A stretch of DNA of 64,000 nt from a virus. The position numbers were made by a program, and so were the translations under genes. Below, piece by piece: positions 8,671 to 18,227 of this stretch (position 1 is its first letter; each line of letters opens with the position of its first letter). A model generated the notes under the pieces. The model searched no databases. It was not told the DNA's origin and was given only the letters and a program-made list of their open reading frames with translations. Location: the IMG/VR virus record IMGVR_UViG_3300030620_000001; one strand, written 5' to 3'.

Positions 8671-10182
8671 ATGCGGATTAACCTGAAGCAAGGCGACAGC
8701 CTGACCGCCGTACTTGGTTCTGCGGCCACCACCACCAACCCGGTCGCACACGTCGAGTGGGAAGAGGCGGGCAGCAACCGCAAGTACACCACGCCCGTCA
8801 ATCTGACCGACGACACCGCCGTGGACCTGCTCGCCGCACCCTCCGGCAGAACCCCGGAAGGATACATCGTCACGGGCTTCACCGTCTACAATGGCGACAC
8901 CGCTGCCGCTGACGTGACTGTGGCGCATGTGGTCAGCGGCACAAGCTACACGCTGTTCACCGTATCATTGGCGGTTGGCGATACCCTGCAGGTCGATGAG
9001 AGCGGATTCCGCGCCATCAACAGTTCCGGACGCAGTCAGACCGTTGCGGAAATCGGACTCGGCGACGACGTAGACCTGCTGTTCGGTACGGGCAACGACG
9101 CCGCGATGCTGTGGAGTACCGGCGACGCCAGCAATCATTCGACCGTAGTTGGTCTCGGCGATTCCAACCAGTCGCTGCATATCACCGACAAGGCAGCGCG
9201 TGCGACCGATTGGAACATCTCCGCCGACACGCACCCGACCGTTTACGTTCACAGCAACACGACGCCTTCCACTGACTACCTGAAAATCGGCGCCCACACC
9301 GGCACGGTTGCGGAAGTGGACGTAGTGGGCGGAACGACGCTCTACGTCAAAGCCGCCGGCAACGAGATTGCGGACTTCGTGCAGACCGCTTCCGCCGTCA
9401 ACGGGCTCAAGTTCCTGTCGAACTCGACGGGCGCGGCTCCGGCTATCGGATCCAACGGCAACGGGGCGGAATCCGACATCGGCTTGGAAATCCTGGACTC
9501 CAACGGCAACGAGCTAATCGAGTTCGTCGCGACCGCCTCGGCAGTGAACGGCATTCGCGTTGTCAACGCCGCGACCGGCAACATGCCGATTATCACCAAC
9601 GAAGGTGAAGTCGATACAGGCATCATCCTGGCGAACTACGACGGGACAAACACCGAACAGATTTTGATTCTTGACGGCATTGCCTCGGCGGTCAACGAAC
9701 TCACGGTCAAGAACGCCGCCACCGGCAACTCCCCGTCTGTTTCGGCGACCGGCGACGATTCGGATATCAACATCACGGTCACGCCCAAGGGTGCGGGCTA
9801 TGCGATCATCAGTTCCGGCGGACTTCAAGTTCGCGCGGATAACGCCGTCACGGCGACCACGGACGGCACCGGTACGGGCTTGATTCCCGCGGGTGCGTCG
9901 TTTTGCACCGTAACCTCCGACGACGCCAATAAGCAAATCGCCCTGCCTGTGGCAAGTGTGGGCGATGAGATTTGGATTCAAGTTGGTGCGACCGGCTGCG
10001 AATTGATTTCCAGCGTGGCGGCGCACAAGGTCAACAACGTCGTCGTGGGTGCGACCAACGAACTGGCGCTCGTAGCCACGTCCAGCTACCGATGCAAATA
10101 CGTCGCTACGAATACCTGGATCGTGCGCGGCTTCACGAATCAGGGCGCTGACGAAGCGGCACTTACCCCAGACGCTTTGTAA
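8671..10182 (+). CDS. Virion structural protein with three tandem ~45-aa ASAVN repeats (head fibre / decoration candidate)
   Basis: Repeats EIADFVQTASAVNGLKF.., ELIEFVATASAVNGIRV.. and QILILDGIASAVNELTV.. each continue as NAATGN.P...GD.D. The gene is followed by the strongest terminator in the window. Confidence 0.55.
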   Translation: MRINLKQGDSLTAVLGSAATTTNPVAHVEWEEAGSNRKYTTPVNLTDDTAVDLLAAPSGRTPEGYIVTGFTVYNGDTAAADVTVAHVVSGTSYTLFTVSLAVGDTLQVDESGFRAINSSGRSQTVAEIGLGDDVDLLFGTGNDAAMLWSTGDASNHSTVVGLGDSNQSLHITDKAARATDWNISADTHPTVYVHSNTTPSTDYLKIGAHTGTVAEVDVVGGTTLYVKAAGNEIADFVQTASAVNGLKFLSNSTGAAPAIGSNGNGAESDIGLEILDSNGNELIEFVATASAVNGIRVVNAATGNMPIITNEGEVDTGIILANYDGTNTEQILILDGIASAVNELTVKNAATGNSPSVSATGDDSDINITVTPKGAGYAIISSGGLQVRADNAVTATTDGTGTGLIPAGASFCTVTSDDANKQIALPVASVGDEIWIQVGATGCELISSVAAHKVNNVVVGATNELALVATSSYRCKYVATNTWIVRGFTNQGADEAALTPDAL

Positions 10183-10211
10183 TAGCACGCGAGTGTGGCA
10201 ACTTACCGCAG

Positions 10212-10250
10212 CCGTCGCAGTTCTGTCCTAGGCTGCGACGGTTGTTTTTT
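10212..10250 (+). terminator. Rho-independent terminator after the capsid block
   Basis: CCGTCGCAG (10212-10220) pairs with CTGCGACGG (10233-10241), followed by TTGTTTTTT. Confidence 0.8.
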
Positions 10251-10259
10251 AGGTGAACG

Positions 10260-10466
10260 ATGGCAACCGACGCTGAAAACATCGCGACGATTCGCAGCAA
10301 CATCCTGACGGCGCTGGCGACAGAATCCGCCAACCCGAAGCCGTCGTACAGCATCAACGGTCAGCAAGTGGACTGGAACGGCTACCGAGCCGCGCTCTTG
10401 AAGCAACTACAAGACCTGCCGTCTCTCGAAGGTCCGGTCGAACTCATCACCGAAGGTCACGTATGA
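10260..10466 (+). CDS. Hypothetical small virion protein (68 aa), connector region
   Basis: AGGTGA Shine-Dalgarno sequence. Its stop overlaps the next start. Confidence 0.5.
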   Translation: MATDAENIATIRSNILTALATESANPKPSYSINGQQVDWNGYRAALLKQLQDLPSLEGPVELITEGHV

Positions 10467-10792
10467 CGCTCGCCGCAGATATTGCAGACGACTACACGTT
10501 TATGGACGGCGTGGAAACCGTGACGGTCACGTTTCGCCCGGCGGGAACGCAAGTAACGACGGTCAAGGCGCTGCGGCGGACCACGAATTGGCGCGAACTG
10601 AACGCCGGACTGCAGGGCAACTTTGAGATTGGCACCGAAGTGTTCCAGTTATTCAACGCCACCTTGAGCAGCAACATTCCCAAGAACGGCGACTTAATTA
10701 CCGACTCCGACAGCAAGAAGTACACGATTAAGTCCGTCATCAAAGCCACCCTTGGCACGCGCTGGGATTGCATCTGTAACCAGTATTCGTAA
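10463..10792 (+). CDS. Putative head-tail adaptor / head closure protein
   Basis: 109 aa in the connector position. The GDLITDSDSKKYTIKSV segment resembles the conserved core of head-closure proteins, judged by eye only. Confidence 0.45.
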   Translation: MTLAADIADDYTFMDGVETVTVTFRPAGTQVTTVKALRRTTNWRELNAGLQGNFEIGTEVFQLFNATLSSNIPKNGDLITDSDSKKYTIKSVIKATLGTRWDCICNQYS

Positions 10793-10804
10793 GCGACCCC
10801 GACC

Positions 10805-11344
10805 ATGATGCTTCGCAAACAGCCCGGCGGACCAATCCCCGCAGAAGACTTCGGTGAGTATCTGTACGGCATGGTTTCCGCGCTGGACGAGGGTTCGTTT
10901 GAAACACCGCTGCGCGACTGCGCCGTCATTGCCCGCGACCAGATGCGCGAGGAGTTTGCGGGCGAGCACGACGCGGAGGGTCAGCCGTGGGAGCCGTGGC
11001 ATTTCTCGCCAATCAAGGATGCATCGGCGCTGGGGAAGAAGACCATGCAGCACGAGGGGAACTTACTGGCGTCGTACACGCAGGAAGGCGCGCCCGGCAA
11101 CGTGACTCGCATCGACCAACGCAGCTTGGAACTTGGCAGCAGCGTTGTCTATGCGGGCATTCACGACAAGGGTGCGACGATTTCGACGGGCGTCGGTTTA
11201 TGGAGCCGCGGCGGCGGATTCTTTCTGCCGGCCGGTTCACAGATCAACATTCCGGCGCGTCCGGTCGCCGGCTGGAGCGAAGAGACGTTGGAGCGTTGCG
11301 AGGACGTGATTGTGTCTTGGGTGCTGGACGAAGTTTTTGTTTAG
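10805..11344 (+). CDS. Virion morphogenesis / tail completion protein (Mu gpG-like)
   Basis: VYAGIHDKGATI ... INIPARPVAGWSEE matches the (Y)A..H..G ... IPARPF(L/I)G signature of the phage virion morphogenesis family. Confidence 0.6.
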   Translation: MMLRKQPGGPIPAEDFGEYLYGMVSALDEGSFETPLRDCAVIARDQMREEFAGEHDAEGQPWEPWHFSPIKDASALGKKTMQHEGNLLASYTQEGAPGNVTRIDQRSLELGSSVVYAGIHDKGATISTGVGLWSRGGGFFLPAGSQINIPARPVAGWSEETLERCEDVIVSWVLDEVFV

Positions 11345-11356
11345 GGGGCGCGACTG

Positions 11357-11665
11357 ATGGCAACCGCACAACTCTCATCCGTGCAACTCGATTTCGCCAA
11401 CGGCAAGGCGTACATCTTTTGGGCGGACGGAGAGATTTGGGAACTCAATGCGAGCAGCTACGCGGAGGCGCGGCAGAACTTGTTGAACGCGATTGCGGAA
11501 CAGATTGACGGAGCGGAGCAGCTTTTGAAGGCGCTTGTAGTCGGGCACATCGCGTTGAACGCGCCGACGCAAGGCGAAGCGGGTGCGTATGTGACGGCGT
11601 GGACAGGATTGAATTTGACCAATGCCAACGTGTTGGCCTTCCTTGATACACATGCTGGGACCTAG
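11357..11665 (+). CDS. Hypothetical protein (102 aa)
   Basis: Track ORF on the same strand, tightly spaced within the connector/neck region. Confidence 0.5.
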   Translation: MATAQLSSVQLDFANGKAYIFWADGEIWELNASSYAEARQNLLNAIAEQIDGAEQLLKALVVGHIALNAPTQGEAGAYVTAWTGLNLTNANVLAFLDTHAGT

Positions 11666-11667
11666 GA

Positions 11668-12723
11668 ATGAGAAACCATTTTATCCCCGGAGTTGGCGAA
11701 TTAGGCGTCTTGCCTGCCGGTTCGCTGACAAGCCTGGCGCTCGATGGTTCCGGCGATAAGATCGGCACCACTTTTCATGTCGAGACAGCCGATGCCATTA
11801 CGCACGTCGGCTACCGGCAAGCATCCAGCGCTGGAACTCCGCCCACCTACAAAATCAGCCTGCAAAGCGTATCAAGCGGAGATCCTAGCGGAACAGTGCT
11901 AGGCGGCGGCTCGCCTGCCAGCGCGACCTTCACGCCCACATCCGCCACAGACGGCGAGTGGGTATGGATTGCCCTCGATAACTCCTACACGCCGTCAAAC
12001 ATCGGTGAACTCATAGCCGTCGTGCTGGAGTATTCGACTGGCACGATTGACGGGTCGAACAATATCACTGCGACCTACGCAACAAACAACACATCGACCT
12101 CGCTGATTTTCCCGCCAGCCATGATTAACACGGCGGTGTGGGCCAAATACGCGGCCGGGCTCCCCATCTTTGGTTATCGAACCGCGAGCAGTCGATACGG
12201 CAGGCCGATCCAAAATTTCTCGATGGAGGCAGTCGCGACCAGCGGACATCGACTGGCCACAGGATTTACGTTTTCTGCAAATGGCGTGACATCGTTCACA
12301 CTTTCCGGATTTTGGATTGTCGTAGATATGCCGGCAGCCGGAACGGTCACGTTTGGGATTTGGAATACTGCGGGTACGGCACTGGCAACCGGCACACTAA
12401 CCCCATCGGACGTGCAAAGCGCGGTCGTCGATAAGTTTGTGTACGTCGGCATGACCAGTACACCAAGCCTAACACCAGGCACCAAATACTACATCGGCGC
12501 GCAGGCAGACGGCAACACGTTTGAGATTGCGCACGTCACAGTTCAAGAGGCAAGTGACTTTCTGGCCTGGACCCCGCACGCGGTTGTGCAGGGCTCTTGG
12601 GACACTGCCAGTTGGACCGACACGGCCACGATTTGCCCGGTGGTCTTTCCAGTTATCAACAGCGTCACCCCCGAAGTCGGCGGCACGCCCGGCGCTTTAA
12701 TGCTGCTGGGAGTCGGCGGCTAG
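11668..12723 (+). CDS. Hypothetical virion protein (351 aa, Ser/Thr/Gly-rich beta-type)
   Basis: Large ORF between the connector genes and the tail tube gene. Composition is typical of fibre or Ig-like structural proteins. Confidence 0.5.
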   Translation: MRNHFIPGVGELGVLPAGSLTSLALDGSGDKIGTTFHVETADAITHVGYRQASSAGTPPTYKISLQSVSSGDPSGTVLGGGSPASATFTPTSATDGEWVWIALDNSYTPSNIGELIAVVLEYSTGTIDGSNNITATYATNNTSTSLIFPPAMINTAVWAKYAAGLPIFGYRTASSRYGRPIQNFSMEAVATSGHRLATGFTFSANGVTSFTLSGFWIVVDMPAAGTVTFGIWNTAGTALATGTLTPSDVQSAVVDKFVYVGMTSTPSLTPGTKYYIGAQADGNTFEIAHVTVQEASDFLAWTPHAVVQGSWDTASWTDTATICPVVFPVINSVTPEVGGTPGALMLLGVGG

Positions 12724-12733
12724 GAGATCCCAG

Positions 12734-13927
12734 ATGAGCGGTACACAAAAAGAAGACACGCAACATTCCAGCGGCGACCTGGGTCAATTGCTGTTGACGG
12801 TCCGCCAGGATTCGGCGGCGGCGCTTGGCGGAACAGACGGCGATTACCAGGCTGCGATTACCGACGCCAATGGACGCCTGCACGTCAACGCCACGATTTC
12901 GTCAGGTGGAGGCACTGAATATACAACCGACGTCGCCGCGCCAGCCGCTCCCGTAGGCGGAGTGTCGCTCGCAATTCGCGACGACGCGCTGGGCGGTGTG
13001 ACGCCGGTCGAAGGCGATTGGGTGCCGGAATACTGCGATGCCAACGGTGCGCGCTGGGTCTCCGTCAGCAACACAGTCACCGTCGCCAGCCATGCCGTCA
13101 CCAATGCTGGAACCTTTGCAGTTCAGATTGACGGGTCCGCGCTGACGGCCCTCCAGTTGCTTGACGACACGGTCGTCACGCTTGGCACCGACACCTATTC
13201 CGAAGCCAGCACCAGCGGCATGGTCGTCGGCGCTGTCCGCAACGATACCTTGGCGACACTTGCGGACACAGATAACGAACTTGCCCCGCTCCAGGTGAAT
13301 GCAAGCGGCGCCTTGTACATCCAGGAAGGTTCAGCGCTCGACGTTTCCGCGGCTACGGTCACCGTCGATGGCTCTGGAGTGACACAGCCGATTTCTCATG
13401 CCGCGCTCACGGAACTGGCGGCCGCCATCGATACGGAAGTCCAGTGCGACATTGTTGGCTCTTTGCCCGCAGGAACGAACGCCATTGGCAAACTGGCGGC
13501 GAATAGCGGCGTTGATATCGGCGACGTGGATGTGACGAGCCAGCCCGCCCGCGCCGCAACAACGGACAACGTGGGTGCTGCGCTGATGACCAACGTCATC
13601 CACGACGGCACCACGGCGCTAACCCCGAAATTCGCAGTCATCGACGCGGCTACCAGCGGAGATAACACGCTGGTTGCGGCGGTCGTTGGCAAGAAGCTGC
13701 GCGTGCTGGCGGCATTCATCGTCGCCGCTGGCTCTGTCAACGCTCGATTCGAGGACGGTGCCGCCGGGACTGCGCTAACCGGACAAATGAATCTCACCAC
13801 GAATAGCGGTTTTGTGCTGCCCTTCAATCCTGTCGGCTGGTTCGAGACGAGTGCGAACACGCTGCTAAACCTGGAACTGTCCGACGCAATTTCGGCAGAC
13901 GGTTCCTTGGTCTACGTGGAGGTCTAA
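12734..13927 (+). CDS. Hypothetical virion protein (397 aa)
   Basis: AGGAG Shine-Dalgarno sequence. Ala/Thr/Gly/Val-rich. Sits in the neck/collar position upstream of the tail tube. Confidence 0.5.
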   Translation: MSGTQKEDTQHSSGDLGQLLLTVRQDSAAALGGTDGDYQAAITDANGRLHVNATISSGGGTEYTTDVAAPAAPVGGVSLAIRDDALGGVTPVEGDWVPEYCDANGARWVSVSNTVTVASHAVTNAGTFAVQIDGSALTALQLLDDTVVTLGTDTYSEASTSGMVVGAVRNDTLATLADTDNELAPLQVNASGALYIQEGSALDVSAATVTVDGSGVTQPISHAALTELAAAIDTEVQCDIVGSLPAGTNAIGKLAANSGVDIGDVDVTSQPARAATTDNVGAALMTNVIHDGTTALTPKFAVIDAATSGDNTLVAAVVGKKLRVLAAFIVAAGSVNARFEDGAAGTALTGQMNLTTNSGFVLPFNPVGWFETSANTLLNLELSDAISADGSLVYVEV

Positions 13928-13931
13928 CGAC

Positions 13932-14429
13932 TTGGCTGACGCAGTCCATCACCAAATCCTGGACCTCGCACACACGGCAACCGTCGCCATTGGGCTGACG
14001 GGGATTGAGGACGCGCGGATTATCAAGCGGAACATTCCCAGCATCCGCGGCTATCGCGGCACGGAGAACGGCGACGCGGACACGATCGACAGTACGGCCG
14101 CAACCAACCACCTGATTATTCTGTCGAGCTACCTGCCGGAAACGATTACAGCGGCCACCAACCTGCGGGACGACATCGGCTACCCAATCCAGTTCAACCT
14201 CATCAAGCGCGACAACCAGGACGAGACAACGGACCCGGAACCGGTGCAGAAATGGCGCGAGCAGATTATCAGCACATTTCGCAATCAGCATCTCAGCGGA
14301 GTAACGGGAGCGCACGTGTTTGACTGCCGGCTCGAGCCCGGCTCGTCAATCGTTCCGGAAAGCTGGAAGCAGAATTTCTTGGAGTCGGTCTTTGTCCTGC
14401 GATTCATCACCCGCCAAGCGCGGGGCTAG
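13932..14429 (+). CDS. Hypothetical protein (tail terminator position)
   Basis: TTG start 4 nt after the upstream stop. 165 aa, directly before the major tail gene. Confidence 0.45.
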   Translation: MADAVHHQILDLAHTATVAIGLTGIEDARIIKRNIPSIRGYRGTENGDADTIDSTAATNHLIILSSYLPETITAATNLRDDIGYPIQFNLIKRDNQDETTDPEPVQKWREQIISTFRNQHLSGVTGAHVFDCRLEPGSSIVPESWKQNFLESVFVLRFITRQARG

Positions 14430-14438
14430 GAGCTACGA

Positions 14439-15362
14439 ATGGGCACGCCTTCCATGCAGCACCAAATCAGCGGCTTCGCCATCGACGCCGACGCCGCTGT
14501 AATCGGCGGTTTCGACGCCAGCAGCGTGCGACTGGAGTTCATTAGCGAGGACGTGAAGCTGCGCCAGACCTACCGCGAACTGCAGGGCATGCGCGGGACT
14601 CGCTCGCTGAACTCCGACCGCGCCCGCATCACGACCGAGCAGGTCAGTGGTACGATTCTTGCGGAGCCGACCGCCATCGAGCTTGATACGCTGCTGCCGT
14701 GGATTCTTGGGGCGAATGAAAGCGCAGACACGTTCGCACTTGCGGAGACGCTACAAACCCGCTCGTTGCTTTTCGACCGCGTTGCTAATCGGCACATCTA
14801 CACACTGTGCTCGATCAACCGCGCCACCTTCTCGGCTCGCGCGGGTGGCGTGGTGCAACTGCTCTTGGAAGTCGAGGGTTCCGACGAAGTGCAGACCAAC
14901 ACCGCGGTTCCCGGCACCGTGCCCGCCGTGGACCTCGCCGGCGCTCCCTACGTGATGGGTGACGTGACTTTCGCTTTGGGTGCAGACGCATCGATTGACG
15001 AAATCTCTTCGTTTAGCATCACCATCGACAACCAACTGGTCGTGGACCGCTACATGAATAGTGTCACGCGGCTGCAGATTCCCAGCGGCGGGCGCGTCAT
15101 CACGGTGAACATGACACTTCCATATAACGCCGACTCGGTAGACCTCCACGACCAAGCGGTGGCGGGCTCGACCGGCTCCCTGACCCTGACCAACGGCGGG
15201 GTAAGCACCATATTCACGTTCGCAAACCTCAAGAGCCCGGCCATGACGCCCAGCGCGGGCGCACGCAACTCGGAACTACCAATCGAACTCAACATGACCG
15301 CCTACCGTGTCGAGAGCACTGATACGGACGAACTGGTCGTGACGCACGACTCGGTCGCGTAA
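14439..15362 (+). CDS. Major tail tube protein
   Basis: AGGAG Shine-Dalgarno sequence. 307 aa, immediately upstream of the chaperone pair and tape measure. Beta-rich sequence with FSITIDNQLVVDRY-type strands. Confidence 0.65.
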   Translation: MGTPSMQHQISGFAIDADAAVIGGFDASSVRLEFISEDVKLRQTYRELQGMRGTRSLNSDRARITTEQVSGTILAEPTAIELDTLLPWILGANESADTFALAETLQTRSLLFDRVANRHIYTLCSINRATFSARAGGVVQLLLEVEGSDEVQTNTAVPGTVPAVDLAGAPYVMGDVTFALGADASIDEISSFSITIDNQLVVDRYMNSVTRLQIPSGGRVITVNMTLPYNADSVDLHDQAVAGSTGSLTLTNGGVSTIFTFANLKSPAMTPSAGARNSELPIELNMTAYRVESTDTDELVVTHDSVA

Positions 15363-15370
15363 GGAACGCC

Positions 15371-15610
15371 ATGCCAGACAAAATCACACTCACCGGACCA
15401 GATGACCGCCCACGACTTCAGGCGGTCGTCAATACGCTGCTGCAGTTTCTCAACGACGGGAATCACGAATACGAAGCGGTGTACGAGAAGGGCGACGAGC
15501 GGACGCTGACAATTCGGGTGTACCCGAAGCCGCCACCAGAGACGGAAGTAACGCCAGCGACACCAGACGAACCACCGCACACCGAAATGAGAGGCGATCA
15601 AGATGCTTGA
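15371..15610 (+). CDS. Hypothetical protein (79 aa)
   Basis: AAGGA Shine-Dalgarno sequence. Overlaps the next start by 8 nt. Confidence 0.5.
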   Translation: MPDKITLTGPDDRPRLQAVVNTLLQFLNDGNHEYEAVYEKGDERTLTIRVYPKPPPETEVTPATPDEPPHTEMRGDQDA

Positions 15611-16025
15611 TTTCATCGAAGACGGCTACACCGAAGACGGCTACCTGGAAGCCATTGAAGGGCTGCGCAACGCCGTGCGGTTCAAGTACCGGCCCGCCGG
15701 ACACCTACGGCGTGAAGCGGTCATGGATTCGCTCAAGAACAAGCCCGCCAAAGACTACTGCCGCATCATTCACCAGTTGCTCCTCGACACCGTGTTGGAG
15801 TGGGACATTGCAGACGGCAACGGCGGGACGCTGCCGCTGAACATGGCGTGGATCACCAAGCTGCGCCCGGTGATTATCGAAGGCATGTACGGCATCGTCC
15901 TGGGTCTCCGCGCCAGCGACCCCGACCCGCAGAACCCCGGCAACGACGCGGAAGAGTTGGCGTCGTCGGCTGAAGATGGCGCCAGTGTCGGCGCACACCG
16001 CGAGGAGGCGTCGGCAAAAAACTAA
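15603..16025 (+). CDS. Tail assembly chaperone (gpG-like)
   Basis: Sits between the tail tube and tape measure genes. Acidic C-terminus. Ends ...GCA AAA AAC TAA at a canonical slippery heptamer. Confidence 0.65.
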   Translation: MLDFIEDGYTEDGYLEAIEGLRNAVRFKYRPAGHLRREAVMDSLKNKPAKDYCRIIHQLLLDTVLEWDIADGNGGTLPLNMAWITKLRPVIIEGMYGIVLGLRASDPDPQNPGNDAEELASSAEDGASVGAHREEASAKN

Positions 16026-16468
16026 GGCAGGGTCTCAAGCTGTTGCTTGAGCACCCGAACATCGCAACCCGCAACTGTCAGCACTGCTTGACGTGGCAAT
16101 ACATCGAAGACGGAGAAAAAGCCGGCACGATCCTCAAGAACAGAGCCGGAGAAAATCAAAAGCGGTCGCACGCTCCGTTGTGCGCAACCGGGAAATGTCC
16201 AAAAGGCAGCCCGCAAACCGCGAAAGAGCACGAACTGTCCGAACAGAATTGGAAAGCGTACCTCGCCTACAAGACGAGCTGCTCGATGAGCTTCACGAAC
16301 TTGAATGAACGCGAGCGACGGGACCCGATGCTCCAGAAAAACATGCAAGTCATTCACGCAATTGTACATCCACATGAACAACTTTCCATCATGCAAGCGG
16401 CGCTCATGCCGCTGTTAATGGCACCCGCAGAATCGGGACGGAACCAACATGGTCGCACAAGGCGGTAA
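15603..16468 (+). CDS. Tail assembly chaperone -1 frameshift fusion (gpGT-like)
   Basis: The -1 frame is open from 15974 to 16468 and overlaps the tape measure start. The frame shifts from 0 to 2 (mod 3), which is -1. Confidence 0.55.
16016..16051 (+). promoter_or_regulatory. -1 programmed frameshift signal (A_AAA_AAC plus downstream hairpin)
   Basis: Heptamer A AAA AAC at 16016-16022 is in the zero frame, directly before the stop. A perfect 7-bp hairpin CTCAAGC-tgtt-GCTTGAG at 16034-16051 lies 11 nt downstream. Confidence 0.6.
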
Positions 16469-18215
16469 CAACCGTGACGTTACTTTCGGCTTGAAGCTGG
16501 TTGGCGACACCGGCAACAAGTCTGTCGTCGATCGCACGATTCAGGACGTAGAGCGGCTGCGCGATGCAATCGAACGTGTGAACAAGCAGTCGCTTTCGCC
16601 GTTTGGTGGTGGCGCTGGAGCGGGCGGAGGGGCGGGCGGTCGTCCTTCGGCTGGAGGCCGACAAGAAGCTACGCAATCCATGCGGGAGCAATCTCGTGAA
16701 GTAGAGCGGCTGTCTGTTCGTTACGAGGGCCTGGGGCAGAAAATACGATCTTCAAACGAGCAGATTGTGAACAGCAGCCGCCAGGCACTGGAGGGAACAG
16801 TTTCTTTGGGGCGCGGCTTTGTGGCGCTCGGTCTGGCGGGCGAAAAGGACCTTGAAAAGGCGGTGCGTGCCTTTGCGAGATTCCAGGGCGCGGCCGATAT
16901 CATCAAGGGCACAACTGATATCGTCATGGGCGGAGTTCGCGCCTATCGCGCTTATCGGGAATCTATCCTTGCCGCCGCTGCCGCCCAGCAAGTCCTTGGC
17001 GCATCCCAAGCAACGCGAGTCGGCCGTTCTGCAGCCGCTGGAGTATCTGGCGGTGCTGCTGTTGGTCTAGGAGCTGCTGGTGCCACTCCGTTTTTGGCTG
17101 GCGCAGGCCCGGCCGCCGCTGGTATCGCCATAGCGGGAACCGCACTTGCCGCGGTAGCGGTTACGTTCAGCTACTTTGATGAGCGATTCAAGGCCCACAC
17201 AATCAGTCTACTGGACAGTCTCAAGCGGTGGGCGTTCGGAATGGACCAGGCAGCCGAGGCACAACAACAAGCAATTATCGACCTGCGCCGCGGCGGTCAA
17301 ATCCAGCGCAATCAACTGCAACTTGCGTTTGAGCGGCGCGGTGAAGACCTTGCGGATCGACGCGCTGGTTTCACTATCGGCACTCGCCTCGGCGACTCCC
17401 CACAAGCTGCGCTCCAGCAGGCTCGCATGGCGTCAGTACGGGCAATGACCGGCGTCCAGGCGATACGCGCGGAAGCGTCGGGGTTGTTTGCCGCCAGCGA
17501 TCGACGCATAGCTGCTGCTTCTCCCGACCAATACGCAGGCGTGTTCGCCGAGGAATCTGAAAAGCAGACGCAGATTCAACAGCGGCTGAATGTCGCCCAG
17601 GAGCGGTTCCTGAACTCTAAGGAACGAGAGCTAGACGCGCAGCGCGCCATAAATCGCGAAACCCTCTCGTCGCTTGACAGGCAAATCGCTGGTCAGCGCT
17701 CTGTTTTGGAGTCTGTGCGACAGCAACACGAACAGATTATTGCCGCGAATCAGTCCATTGCCGAACGGTTCGGACAACTGTCGCCAATGCGGCAGCAAGC
17801 ACAACTGCGAGCTGTTAACGCCGTCATTGGAGACGCGAGAACGGCGAGCCGCCGACAACTGGAACAGGCTATTCAATTCGGCGGTGAAGCTGCGGACATT
17901 GCACGGTCGGAGCGTGGAAGGCGAGGTGATGAAGTAATCGGCCGCGACCCGTTCATCTCGGCAATGCTTCGCAATCGCGAACGAGAGGCGTCTGTGCGTG
18001 TTCGCGAAGAAGGAGGAGCACTAGACGCGCTGCAAAATATCCGCGGACGAGCAGAGCAGGCAGGCCAAGAGTTGGTGAAGAATATGGCTGCCGAGTTGGG
18101 CGCGGTACTAGACAAATTACGCGACGGACTGCGCAAGGAATTCAAAAACCAAATGCTGGAATTGGAGCAACGTCAAGCGTCGAAGGAGGAGGCGCTTCGG
18201 GCGCAGGGTGGGTAG
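16449..18215 (+). CDS. Tape measure protein
   Basis: 588 aa after the chaperone pair. Gly/Ala-rich hydrophobic segment and long Ala/Gln/Arg/Glu coiled-coil stretches. Confidence 0.8.
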   Translation: MVAQGGNNRDVTFGLKLVGDTGNKSVVDRTIQDVERLRDAIERVNKQSLSPFGGGAGAGGGAGGRPSAGGRQEATQSMREQSREVERLSVRYEGLGQKIRSSNEQIVNSSRQALEGTVSLGRGFVALGLAGEKDLEKAVRAFARFQGAADIIKGTTDIVMGGVRAYRAYRESILAAAAAQQVLGASQATRVGRSAAAGVSGGAAVGLGAAGATPFLAGAGPAAAGIAIAGTALAAVAVTFSYFDERFKAHTISLLDSLKRWAFGMDQAAEAQQQAIIDLRRGGQIQRNQLQLAFERRGEDLADRRAGFTIGTRLGDSPQAALQQARMASVRAMTGVQAIRAEASGLFAASDRRIAAASPDQYAGVFAEESEKQTQIQQRLNVAQERFLNSKERELDAQRAINRETLSSLDRQIAGQRSVLESVRQQHEQIIAANQSIAERFGQLSPMRQQAQLRAVNAVIGDARTASRRQLEQAIQFGGEAADIARSERGRRGDEVIGRDPFISAMLRNREREASVRVREEGGALDALQNIRGRAEQAGQELVKNMAAELGAVLDKLRDGLRKEFKNQMLELEQRQASKEEALRAQGG

Positions 18216-18227
18216 CGACGTGGAGAC

